A stretch of DNA of 64,000 nucleotides, taken from the NCBI GenBank assembly GCA_964427455.1, contig CAYRUY010000001.1, positions 87,726 to 151,725 of the forward strand. Reading direction: 5' to 3'. Positions 10,400-18,994 of the stretch are shown here, piece after piece. Within the stretch, counting starts at the first letter, position 1, and each line of letters opens with the position of its first letter. Under the pieces are notes generated by a model. It did no database searches. It was given only the letters and a program-made list of their open reading frames with translations, and was not told where the DNA came from. Made by a program: the position numbers and the translations under genes. This stretch comes from an uncultured Candidatus Bathyarchaeia archaeon. GTDB taxonomy: Archaea > Thermoproteota > CALKCG01 > B24 > JAWCPE01.

Positions 10400-10921
10400 T
10401 CCGCCTTCTCCCTCCGGCTTGGCGCGGTCGCCAGCCCTCGGCCTCGCCGCCGCCCTAGCTTTTCCCAGCGCCGACAAGGTTTTTCTCACGCCCTACGGTG
10501 CGTTCATAGCGCCTTTCTCCATGCTTTAGGGTGGTTTCATGCCACCAAAGGAGCGCGAGATGGGCCCTGATTCAGCCGAAACCTAGCGCGGAAGGGCTCT
10601 GATTGAAGGCTCTTCTCTCAGTTGGGCATGCGTCCATTCAGCCCCCGGCCCAGAGGGTTCAAACCCTATGCTTCAGCCTCAGAGCCTTCGTCGCAGAGCT
10701 ATACCTGACCGCCAATTGTTCGATAGACCATGTCCACGAGACGCTACGGAGGGCTGCCGATCCACAGGATCTAGTCTACCTCTCGCGAGGCTCGGGCTCG
10801 GCCCGGACACTATCAGAGGGATGTCGGAAACCCATCACGCGCCGCTCAGGTCTAGGGGCCTTGAACGGACCTGTCTCCGAGCGCCTTCCGAAAAAGGATG
10901 TCAGACTGGCCGTTCCAAGAG

Positions 10922-11074
10922 CGGGCCCGGCGGGACTTTCCGCTGAAGCAGCTCAAGCCTGAGCTTTTGAACCCGCGACCCCCGGCTCTCCTCGTCCGGG
11001 CGCCTAGAGGGCCGATGCGCTCCACGTGACCCCCCGGGCTTTCGCAGGGGCTGTCCGTGCTGCGCCACGAGCCC
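10922..11074 (-). tRNA. candidate intron-containing tRNA (isotype unresolved)
   Basis: Minus-strand 5' GGGCUCGUGGCGCAGC (acceptor + D-stem) and 3' GGUC-GCGGG-UUCAAA[30-nt hairpin]U-CCCGC-CGGGCCC-G (variable, T-stem, T-loop, T-stem, acceptor, discriminator). The acceptor pairs 7/7 with one G.U. D-stem GCGC/GCGC appears once a 34-nt insert (11025-11058) is skipped. The anticodon arm UCGGC/GCCGG carries a 17-nt insert. No clean U33 could be derived by hand. Confidence 0.4.
10936..10965 (-). other. putative non-canonical tRNA intron in the T-loop (position 59/60)
   Basis: 30 nt (AGCUCAGGCUUGAGCUGCUUCAGCGGAAAG) splits an otherwise canonical GCGGG-UUCAAAU-CCCGC T-arm. It contains two internal hairpins. 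Confidence 0.4.
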
Positions 11075-11240
11075 ACTTGAGTATGTCCGTGTCTTCCTCG
11101 AGGGCTCTCGCCTTCGGGCCCGCGACACTCTGACGACGTTGGAGTACTTAAGCCTGCCCTCTGTTAGACTCGTTAGTCCATAAGCCGACCCATGCCTAGG
11201 CATCGTCTGCTCGTCAAACGAGGTAAGAATACCAGAGTAC
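11068..11240. repeat. conserved intergenic element, copy R1 (paralogous to 18995-19165)
   Basis: Blocks cttcgggcccgcgac, tacttaagcctg and catgcctaggcatcgtctgctcgt are shared with copy R2 in the same order and orientation. The minus-strand end runs into the tRNA 5' end. Confidence 0.55.
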
Positions 11241-11378
11241 GTCTCCCTCAGAACCTCATAGGGCCTATTTGAGGGAGGGAATGGACCGGGCGGGATTCCT
11301 CCCCGAACAGGTTTGAGTCGCAGGGCAATCCTGCCCTGATAGACCTATCACGTTGGACCACAGCATCTGACCGAAGGC

Positions 11379-11388
11379 CTTAAAAAAC
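11379..11388 (+). promoter_or_regulatory. putative TATA/BRE box for the BMP transporter operon
   Basis: ttaaaaaa lies about 33-40 nt upstream of the ATG at 11420. Inverted repeats occur further upstream (11244-11276, 11321-11338). Confidence 0.3.
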
Positions 11389-11419
11389 AGGGAGGATGAG
11401 ATGAGAGGCGGTTGATTCC

Positions 11420-12580
11420 ATGGCGAGGACAACATCGGCAATGGTTGCGTTCTTGCTCATAGGTGTGCTAGTGGGCGTCGCTGTAGGGTGGGTTGCCAAA
11501 CCGATTCCGCCTCCTGGCCCAGACTATATTCAGAGGACTGAGTACGACAAGGTGAGATCCGACTACGACAAGCTGAGGGCCGATTACGACCATACCTTAG
11601 CCCAGCTCGCGAAGCTGAAGAAGCCGGTGAAGATCGGTCTCGTAATGGCCACGGGCGGCCTAGGAGACAAGTCGTTCAACGACATCTCGTACGCGGGGGT
11701 CGTGCAGGCGAAGGAAGAGCTTGGCATAGAGTTCAGCTACGTGGAGCCCAAGGCCATAGCCGAGTACGAGGGCTTCCAGAGAGACTTCGCTAAGACCGGC
11801 GAGTACGCGCTGATCATCTGCATTGGCTTCGACCAAGCGGATGCTCTTACGAAAGTCGCCGGGGAGTACCCTAACCAGAGATTCGCAATCGTCGACATGG
11901 TCGTTGACAAGCCTAACGTGGCTTCCCTGCTCTTCAAAGCGAATGAGGGCTCCTTCCTTGTCGGCGTCATCAGCGCTATGACGACGAAGACGGGAAAGGT
12001 CGGCTTCGTAGGAGGCATGGACATTCCGCTCATCAGGGACTTCTTCATGGGATATGAAGCCGGCGCGAAGTGGGCGAGGAGCGATGTGACTGTGCTCTCA
12101 CCCGTCTTTGTAGGCGAATGGGCGAATCCAACGAAGGGGAAGGAGCTCGCTGTCTCACTAGTAGAGCTTGGAGCAGACGCCATCTACGTCGCGGCGGGAA
12201 AGAGCGGCCTAGGTGCGCTGGAGGCCGCCAATGAGAGGAACATCACGGCTTTCGGCGTTGACGCATGTCAAGACTACCTGAACCCGGCGATTCTAGCGAG
12301 CATGACGAAAAGGGTTGACCGCGCCGTCTTCGAGATGATCGTGGCCGCAACGTTTGATGAGGTCTATGGCATCTGGCATGCCTTCTTCAAGGGCGGATTC
12401 ATCGAGGGAGGCGTCAAAGAGGGATGGACAGGCTGCTGCAGGCTACCACAGGAGCAAGCTTTCTGGGAGGCCAAGTTCAACTTCACGCATACGGCGCTTC
12501 CAGCAAACGTCGTCACGAAGCTCAATGAGGCAAGAGCCGGAATCATTTCAGGAGAGATACAGGTACCACGACCATACTGA
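11420..12580 (+). CDS. BMP-family (PnrA/TmpC-like) ABC transporter substrate-binding protein, membrane-anchored
   Basis: GLVMATGGLGDKSFNDISYAGV and FVGGMDIPLIRDFFMGYEAG match PF02608. N-terminal TM anchor. Confidence 0.85.
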   Translation: MARTTSAMVAFLLIGVLVGVAVGWVAKPIPPPGPDYIQRTEYDKVRSDYDKLRADYDHTLAQLAKLKKPVKIGLVMATGGLGDKSFNDISYAGVVQAKEELGIEFSYVEPKAIAEYEGFQRDFAKTGEYALIICIGFDQADALTKVAGEYPNQRFAIVDMVVDKPNVASLLFKANEGSFLVGVISAMTTKTGKVGFVGGMDIPLIRDFFMGYEAGAKWARSDVTVLSPVFVGEWANPTKGKELAVSLVELGADAIYVAAGKSGLGALEAANERNITAFGVDACQDYLNPAILASMTKRVDRAVFEMIVAATFDEVYGIWHAFFKGGFIEGGVKEGWTGCCRLPQEQAFWEAKFNFTHTALPANVVTKLNEARAGIISGEIQVPRPY

Positions 12581-12589
12581 TGGGCCTAG

Positions 12590-14146
12590 GTGAGCTTTAA
12601 ATCCAATATCACCCCCCCTTTTTCCACCATGCCTCTGGCAGTGGAAATGAGGCAGATCACCAAGAGCTTCCCCGGCGTACTCGCAAACGACAGCATAGAT
12701 ATCGCCGTTGAAAAGGGAGAGATACACAGCCTACTCGGCGAGAACGGCGCCGGGAAAACGGTTCTGATGAGCATTCTCTACGGGCTCTACAGGCCCGACA
12801 GTGGCCAGATCCTCGTAAACGGGGAAGAAGCCGATGTAGACAGCCCAGCTAAAGCGATAAGGCTGGGCATAGGCATGGTTCACCAGCATTTCATGCTCAT
12901 ACCCAGCTTCACCGTCGCAGAGAACATAGTCTTAGGCAGAGAACTCACAAAGAACAAGATCCTCCTAGACAAGAAGAAGACACTAGGATACGCAGGGAAG
13001 TTCTGTGACCAGTACAAGATGAAAGTCGACTTGAGCGCGCCGGTCCACACCCTTCCCGTTGGCGTACAACAAAGGGTGGAGATTCTGAAGGCTCTGTACA
13101 GAGGAGCCAACATACTCATCCTCGACGAGCCGACATCCGTTCTCACACCCCAGGAAGTAGACGAACTCTTCAAAGCCATCAGAGCCCTCAAAGAACAGGG
13201 AAAGACGGTCATATTCATCTCGCACAAGCTGAAAGAGGTCATGGAGATCAGCGACAGAGTCACCGTCCTGAGAAGAGGAAGGGTAGTCGGCACAGTCAGG
13301 AAAGAGGAAAGCGATGCAGCCGAACTTGCCGAAATGATGGTAGGAAGACAGGTCTCCCTCACAACCGACAAGAAGAACGCTCAACTGGGGGACATTGTAC
13401 TCAGAGTGGAAGACGTAAAGGCCATGAATGACAGGAAGCTGCCTGCACTCAAAGGAGTAACCTTCGACATCCATGCACATGAGATACTCGGCGTAGCCGG
13501 AGTTGAAGGAAACGGACAGACCGAGCTTGTCGAGGTCCTAACAGGACTAAGGAAGGCCGTAGAAGGGAAGATCCTGCTGGAAGGACAGGAGATAACAGGC
13601 GAGCCTCCTAGCAAGAGGATCGAACTCGGGATCTCCCATGTTCCAGAGGACAGGCAGAGAACCGGTCTAATCCTAGACTTCTCGTTGAAGGAGAACCTGA
13701 TCCTCGGGGACCACAGGAACGAACCCTTCGCAAAGAACGGGATCGTCCTCGACCTCGAGGAGATCTCAAGCCATGCGGAGAAGTTGGTCGACGACTACTC
13801 GATAAGGACGCCAAGCACGGATGCTCTCACCAGACACCTGTCTGGGGGAACACAGCAGAGAGTCATCCTCGCAAGAGAGTTCAACAGAAGACCGAAACTC
13901 GTGGTTGCATCGCAGCCGACCAGAGGCCTAGACATCGGAGCCACGGAATACGTGCGGAATAAACTCGTGGAGATGAGAGACAGCGGCTGCGCAGTCCTTC
14001 TCATCTCAGCCGACCTCGACGAGGTAAGGGCATTAAGCGACAGAATCGCAGTCATCTACGAAGGCAGGATCACCATCATAGATAACTCAAAGACCGTAAG
14101 CGAGCGCGAACTCGGCCTCCTGATGGCTGGTGGTAAGACTGGGTGA
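12590..14146 (+). CDS. ABC transporter ATP-binding protein, duplicated ATPase domains (nucleoside/sugar type)
   Basis: Two Walker A/signature/Walker B sets (GENGAGKT...LSGGTQQR). The true start is probably at MPLAVEM (about 12629). Confidence 0.85.
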   Translation: MSFKSNITPPFSTMPLAVEMRQITKSFPGVLANDSIDIAVEKGEIHSLLGENGAGKTVLMSILYGLYRPDSGQILVNGEEADVDSPAKAIRLGIGMVHQHFMLIPSFTVAENIVLGRELTKNKILLDKKKTLGYAGKFCDQYKMKVDLSAPVHTLPVGVQQRVEILKALYRGANILILDEPTSVLTPQEVDELFKAIRALKEQGKTVIFISHKLKEVMEISDRVTVLRRGRVVGTVRKEESDAAELAEMMVGRQVSLTTDKKNAQLGDIVLRVEDVKAMNDRKLPALKGVTFDIHAHEILGVAGVEGNGQTELVEVLTGLRKAVEGKILLEGQEITGEPPSKRIELGISHVPEDRQRTGLILDFSLKENLILGDHRNEPFAKNGIVLDLEEISSHAEKLVDDYSIRTPSTDALTRHLSGGTQQRVILAREFNRRPKLVVASQPTRGLDIGATEYVRNKLVEMRDSGCAVLLISADLDEVRALSDRIAVIYEGRITIIDNSKTVSERELGLLMAGGKTG

Positions 14147-15215
14147 GAAGGCTCATGAGTTAGACCTAAGAGCAGGGAAACAGGTTCTGCAAGGTTTGCT
14201 CGTAGGGATACTGCCCGAGCTAGTAGCCATCATGGTTGCGTTCGTTGTTGGGGCTGTACTGCTTTACGTGACAGGATACCACCCAGTAAGCGCCTACGCG
14301 GCGATGGTCCAAGGCGCCTTCGGCGACATCTTCGGGATCGGCCAAACCCTCACGCAAGCAACACCGATCATCTTCACCGGTCTCTCCTTCCTACTTGCTT
14401 CCAGAGGCGGGCTCTTCAACATAGGGGCTGAAGGCCAACTCCTGGTCGGGGGTTTCTCAGCTGCACTCGTCGGGATATCCTTTCCGGGACTACCATCCGT
14501 AATCCATCTGCCCATAGCCATACTCGCTGCAGCTGCTGCAGGAGGTCTGTGGGGGTTCATCCCGGCGGCCCTCAAGGCGAAGCTCGGAGCTCACGAAGTC
14601 ATAACAACCATGATGCTAAGCTACGTGGCCTCGTATCTCACGAGCTACATGGCAAACTACCCGTACAAGGCGCCGGGATGGGTGGCGCAGACAGTTCCGG
14701 TCGCTCTCTCGGCACAGTTGCCCAGCATCCTTCCTCCAACGCAGCTATCAGCCTCACTCTTCCTCGCACTGCTTATGGCCGGTCTGACCTACTACATGTT
14801 CGACAAGACCACGCTGGGCTACGAGATTAGGGCTGTGGGCCTCAACCCGCGGGCGGCAGAAAGCGGCGGAATAAGCGTAACAAGAAACATCCTTCTAGCG
14901 TTAGTCCTAAGCGGCGCCCTAGCAGGCATCGGCGGAGCAGGGGAGGTCCTCGGCGTCCACAAACGCTACATAGATGGCTTCTCCCCAGGATACGGGTGGG
15001 ACGGAATCGCAGTAGCCCTCGTCGGCAGGCTTAACCCGGTAGGTGTCATCTTCGCCGCCGTCCTGTTCGGAGCCCTCAGAAGCGGAGGCATGGTGATGAC
15101 AAGAGTCGTCGGGGTTCCCCTGGACATAGTGATGATGCTCCAAGCCCTCGTGATCCTCTTCGTCGCAGCACCCATGCTCATTCAAGGCCTTCTCAGGAGG
15201 CGTCAGCATGGTTGA
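14130..15215 (+). CDS. ABC transporter permease (BMP-family system)
   Basis: Multi-TM, follows the ATPase with a 17-nt overlap. Confidence 0.8.
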   Translation: MVRLGEKAHELDLRAGKQVLQGLLVGILPELVAIMVAFVVGAVLLYVTGYHPVSAYAAMVQGAFGDIFGIGQTLTQATPIIFTGLSFLLASRGGLFNIGAEGQLLVGGFSAALVGISFPGLPSVIHLPIAILAAAAAGGLWGFIPAALKAKLGAHEVITTMMLSYVASYLTSYMANYPYKAPGWVAQTVPVALSAQLPSILPPTQLSASLFLALLMAGLTYYMFDKTTLGYEIRAVGLNPRAAESGGISVTRNILLALVLSGALAGIGGAGEVLGVHKRYIDGFSPGYGWDGIAVALVGRLNPVGVIFAAVLFGALRSGGMVMTRVVGVPLDIVMMLQALVILFVAAPMLIQGLLRRRQHG

Positions 15216-16431
15216 ACTCATTGACGTGATCAATATAGGACTCTTCGCAGCAGCGCTTCGAATGGCGACCCCGATAGCGCTAGCATCACTTGGAGGAATC
15301 TTCTCAGAGAGAGCAGGCATAACGAATATCGGCCTCGAAGGCATGATGCTGATGGGAGCTTTCTCCGGCGTAGCCATCAGCTTCTTCACGGGAGACCCCT
15401 GGCTCGGCGTCATAGCAGCAGTGCTTGTCGGGGCCCTGCTCGGCCTCCTCCACGCCGTACTCGTGGTCAGATTCGTCGGAAACCAGATCGTGAGTGGGGT
15501 CGGCATCAACATCCTCGCCATGGGCTTTACTGCATTCATGTCGCAGGTCTTCTGGGGCTCCAGAGGGGCCTCCGAGAGCGTCCAAGGCCTAAGGGAAGTA
15601 TCTATCCCACTCCTCAGAGACATCCCGCTGATCGGACCGGTAATCGGAACGCACACGCCCTTCGTCTACCTGATGCTGATCATAACCATCCTGTCACACG
15701 TCTTGCTCTTCAGGACACCCTTTGGGCTCAGGATAAGAGCTGTAGGCGAGCACCCTGCAGCAGCCGACTCAGCCGGCGTAAACGTCTTCAGGACCAAGTA
15801 CCTCTGCGTAGTGCTGAGCGGCATGCTCGCAGGCCTGGGCGGGGCATTCCTCTCCCTAGGCCACCTGAACCTGTTCGCTTGGGGGATGACGGGCGGCCGC
15901 GGTTTCATAGCCATGGCAGCCATGATCTTCGGCAAGTGGATGCCCTTCGGAGCCTTCTGGGCCAGCCTCCTCTTCGGCTTCTCAGACGCGCTGCAGATGA
16001 GGCTCCAGTCCCTAGGGCTCATGCCACCCCAGATCATACTGGCAATCCCCTACGTGCTCACAATAGCAGTGCTAGCTGGCGCCGTTGGTAGGGCGAATCC
16101 ACCGAGCGACTACAAACCCTACGTCAAGGAACGCCCGCGTCGTGCTAGACCTCGGCTAGTGCGGTTACCGCGGAGACTGCTGTCCTCTGTTAAGCGACTG
16201 CGGAGTACGACGCATATGGCTCCAGCTTTGGCGCCGCCTACCATTGCCAGCCTAAGGAGGCAACTCGCTTCTATCTCCTCTTCTCCAGCATCTCCTTCAC
16301 TACTCTCACACCCTCCTCCGACAACTCCCTTGCCTTCTCCGGGGAAGGCGAATCCACGTACACCCGCACTACAGGCTCAGTTCCCGAGAGCCGAATCAGC
16401 AACCACGAACCATCATCATAAACGTACTTAA
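15208..16431 (+). CDS. ABC transporter permease (BMP-family system), C-terminal tail questionable
   Basis: The permease core ends near VGRANPPSDYKPYVKE (about 16130). The ORF continues another 100 low-complexity Pro/Arg/Ser-rich codons into the convergent PGM gene. Confidence 0.7.
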   Translation: MVELIDVINIGLFAAALRMATPIALASLGGIFSERAGITNIGLEGMMLMGAFSGVAISFFTGDPWLGVIAAVLVGALLGLLHAVLVVRFVGNQIVSGVGINILAMGFTAFMSQVFWGSRGASESVQGLREVSIPLLRDIPLIGPVIGTHTPFVYLMLIITILSHVLLFRTPFGLRIRAVGEHPAAADSAGVNVFRTKYLCVVLSGMLAGLGGAFLSLGHLNLFAWGMTGGRGFIAMAAMIFGKWMPFGAFWASLLFGFSDALQMRLQSLGLMPPQIILAIPYVLTIAVLAGAVGRANPPSDYKPYVKERPRRARPRLVRLPRRLLSSVKRLRSTTHMAPALAPPTIASLRRQLASISSSPASPSLLSHPPPTTPLPSPGKANPRTPALQAQFPRAESATTNHHHKRT

Positions 16432-17626
16432 GACCATCAATCTCCACCAACCTTGTGTTCGGAGGCCTGAAACCTCCCTTCACCTTCTCCACGAGCGATG
16501 CCACCTTCTTAGGTTGGCCTCTCAGATTCCTTTTGACCTGGACATGCCTTGGAAACCCGGAGGCTATATCTGAAAGAACGCGTCGGGCCCTTGCTAGTAT
16601 GACGGCCATGAAGGCCGTCGCAATTATCCCGTCAGCCCAAGGCACTTTCGGGGGAAAGAAGTACTTGCCGGTCTCCTCGTAACCGAACCTCGCGTTATGG
16701 CGCTTTATCGCAAGCGAGATCTCCGGAGGCCCAATCCTACACTCCTCCACCCTACCCTTCCACACAGTCCTCATCAAGCCGGACGAGTTGACCGGCATCA
16801 CGCAGACGCCCGGGCCTGAATCGTACAGGTACCTTGCGAATATGGCCGCCGCGAGATCCTCAGAAAGCGGGGTACCCGTCTCGTCTACGAAGAGCACCCT
16901 ATCGCAATCAGCGTCATAGGCTGCGCCGAAATTAACCTTCCTCCACCGCACTAGCGCCCTCAGATCCTCAACGTTGTCTGCTCTGGGCTCCATAAGCCTC
17001 GGTGCGACGCCCGTTCGTTCGTCGTTTATGGCCACAGCGTCACACCCTAGGTCCATCAGCAGTCTTGAGATGACGCCAGCGCCAGTTCCGCCCGCAGGGT
17101 CCAAGGCTACGGACACGCCTTTGTCTAGAAGGCTGTCACCAACCATGATTCCTCGGACGAATCTTGTGTATGACGGCATCCAGGTTGGGTCTAATTCGGC
17201 CAGAGCGCCTCCCACATCAGTTCCAGGCGGCTCGATCTGGCCAGCTAGTTCCTCTATCTCCGCGGTCTTTTCACGTGACAGTATAGTGCCATCAGAATCT
17301 ACTGGGATGAGTCCGATGCGGTCGTAGGATAGGTGAGAGCCAGTGGCCATCAGCCCGCCTCGGAGCCCCCGCTCCGCGATCTGCTGAGAGAGTATCGGTG
17401 ATGGTATCACACCGAAGTTCTGAACCTGTACGTCTTCGGAGATCATCGCTGAGGCGCAGACGCCTGCCAGTTCCTCCGCCCCTGGCCTAGTATCATAACC
17501 AAGAGCCAACCTAGAGCCTTTACCGAAGAACCGTGCTAGGGCCTCCGAAGCCACATGGCAGAGCTGCGGCGTAACCTCTAGGTAGGTTAACCCCCTGATG
17601 CCTGCCGTGCCGAAACGCACGTTCAT
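16271..17626 (-). CDS. phosphoglucomutase/phosphomannomutase-family protein, likely phosphopentomutase
   Basis: MNVRFGTAGIRG start, GYDTRPG, active-site region ATGSHLSYD (Ser-His), four-domain length of 451 aa. It sits between the nucleoside ABC transporter and deoC, as archaeal phosphopentomutases do. Confidence 0.7.
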   Translation of the reverse strand: MNVRFGTAGIRGLTYLEVTPQLCHVASEALARFFGKGSRLALGYDTRPGAEELAGVCASAMISEDVQVQNFGVIPSPILSQQIAERGLRGGLMATGSHLSYDRIGLIPVDSDGTILSREKTAEIEELAGQIEPPGTDVGGALAELDPTWMPSYTRFVRGIMVGDSLLDKGVSVALDPAGGTGAGVISRLLMDLGCDAVAINDERTGVAPRLMEPRADNVEDLRALVRWRKVNFGAAYDADCDRVLFVDETGTPLSEDLAAAIFARYLYDSGPGVCVMPVNSSGLMRTVWKGRVEECRIGPPEISLAIKRHNARFGYEETGKYFFPPKVPWADGIIATAFMAVILARARRVLSDIASGFPRHVQVKRNLRGQPKKVASLVEKVKGGFRPPNTRLVEIDGLKYVYDDGSWLLIRLSGTEPVVRVYVDSPSPEKARELSEEGVRVVKEMLEKRR

Positions 17627-17638
17627 TCTTTCTTTATC

Positions 17639-18304
17639 CTATCCTAGGCGTGCGCCCTCAACTATCTGGATGCTCGCACTCGCGCCTATTCGGTTGGCGC
17701 CCGCCCTGATCAACTCCATGGCCGTCGCGTAATCCCTTATTCCACCAGCTGCCTTCACCCCAAGCCGTTCGCCTACCGTCTCCCGCATCAGCCTAACCGC
17801 CTGAACCGTCGCTCCCGACGGCCCGAAGCCTGTTGAGGTCTTCACAAAACCCGCGCCCGCCCTCTCCGCAACCTTGCAGGCCTCCACAATCCCGCTATCG
17901 TCAAGGTAGCATACCTCGATTATCACCTTTACAATCCTACCGTCTGCAGCCCGTACAACCCCCCTAATGTCCCTCTCAACGTAGCCTATGTCGGCATCAA
18001 GCAGCTTCCCTATGTTCATCACCATGTCTAACTCGTCCACTCCCTCTTCCACAGCAGTCTCTGTCTCCACGGCCTTCGACGCAGTACCTGTAGCCCCAAA
18101 CGGAAACCCTACCACAGAGCATGCCTTGACATCAGAACCAGAAAGCCTGGAGACACATCTTGCCACCCTTGAAGGGTTGACGCACACGGAGTAAAAGCCA
18201 TACTCCAAAGCCTCATCACAAAGCTTGTCCACTTGGCTGACTGTCGCATTCGGCTTCAGCAAGGTATGATCGATCATCTTCGCAAGGTCTTTAGGATCCA
18301 TCAA
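17639..18304 (-). CDS. deoC: deoxyribose-phosphate aldolase
   Basis: DeoC TIM-barrel over the full length. HTLLKP, SVCVNP and Schiff-base lysine context FVKTSTGF. Confidence 0.85.
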   Translation of the reverse strand: MMDPKDLAKMIDHTLLKPNATVSQVDKLCDEALEYGFYSVCVNPSRVARCVSRLSGSDVKACSVVGFPFGATGTASKAVETETAVEEGVDELDMVMNIGKLLDADIGYVERDIRGVVRAADGRIVKVIIEVCYLDDSGIVEACKVAERAGAGFVKTSTGFGPSGATVQAVRLMRETVGERLGVKAAGGIRDYATAMELIRAGANRIGASASIQIVEGARLG

Positions 18305-18518
18305 TTATCCCGCTTCTCAAGCTAAGTCGGCCTCTAGGCCATATATCAGCTTAGCGTCACAACCGAAGAGAAGCTCCCCGGCTTCTGGTAGCTTAAGGGC
18401 TTGCTAACACGCCCCCGGCATCTGGGAGCATCTGGAATGGGAGCGCCCGCTCTTCCTCGAAGTGGTCGACGGCGCCATGCTGAAGGTGGGTCAGACACGC
18501 TGGAGCTTCTAACTCTTT

Positions 18519-18968
18519 TTGCGCTGGCCTTGTCATAACCCTGGTGAGATACGGGATATGGCGTTGCAGGAAGAGGAAGCCCGGTTCAGTGGCAAATCGA
18601 TCCAGGAAAAACTGTTGGTATATACAGCCCAGTCTGTCAGGAACTTTGCCTATAGGATGCTCATATGCAAACATGTGTTGGATATGGGTTATGTCCCTTT
18701 AAATCCGTTCAATCTCTGGGGGGGGCATTACCTGTACGAGTTAGTGGATCGCGATGTTGTTAGGAATGCGAATAACAATCTCATAAGAAGGGTAGACGAA
18801 GTGTGGGTCTTCTGGGACATTTCCGACGGGGTTCTACCTGAGACAAATCTGGCAAAGGAGTCAGGTAAACCTGTTAGATACTTCAACATTGACGATCTCC
18901 CTAGATCCATTGTGGGAATCGAAGAGGACCAAGTTAGATACGAAGAGGGTGTTCATTGGCAAAGATGA
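18519..18968 (+). CDS. small protein, nucleoside 2-deoxyribosyltransferase-like fold (DUF4406/DNPH1-like?), low-GC island
   Basis: NP...VDEVWVFWDISDGVLPETNLAKESGKPVRYF follows the NDT-superfamily pattern. The region is visibly AT-richer than its flanks. Family call is tentative. Confidence 0.35.
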   Translation: MRWPCHNPGEIRDMALQEEEARFSGKSIQEKLLVYTAQSVRNFAYRMLICKHVLDMGYVPLNPFNLWGGHYLYELVDRDVVRNANNNLIRRVDEVWVFWDISDGVLPETNLAKESGKPVRYFNIDDLPRSIVGIEEDQVRYEEGVHWQR

Positions 18969-18994
18969 GCAGCCGTAAATAGTGGTGGACAACT

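Noticed and set aside
10905-10945. RNase P RNA-like GGAAAGUCC motif on the minus strand
   Set aside because: Only the 9-mer matches. The expected GGGCUC continuation is interrupted (CGCCGGGCCC) and no other P4/CR blocks are present. The motif is part of the tRNA T-loop insert.
10985-11010. Possible CUA (amber-reading, Pyl-like) anticodon in the tRNA candidate
   Set aside because: It requires an anticodon-stem register (CGGCC) with no complementary 3' strand. The T-arm is canonical, unlike tRNA-Pyl.
10400-11420. ORF-track entries 10603-10962, 10668-10946, 10852-11076 and 10901-11203 inside the 1-kb gap
   Set aside because: They are short, mutually overlapping, low-complexity Arg/Pro-rich translations of GC-rich non-coding DNA. 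The region is better explained by the tRNA-like gene and the R1 element.
15304-15656. Antisense ORFs 14919-15656, 15304-15585 and 15666-16037 within the permease genes
   Set aside because: They lie wholly inside well-supported multi-TM permease genes on the other strand, and their translations are low complexity.
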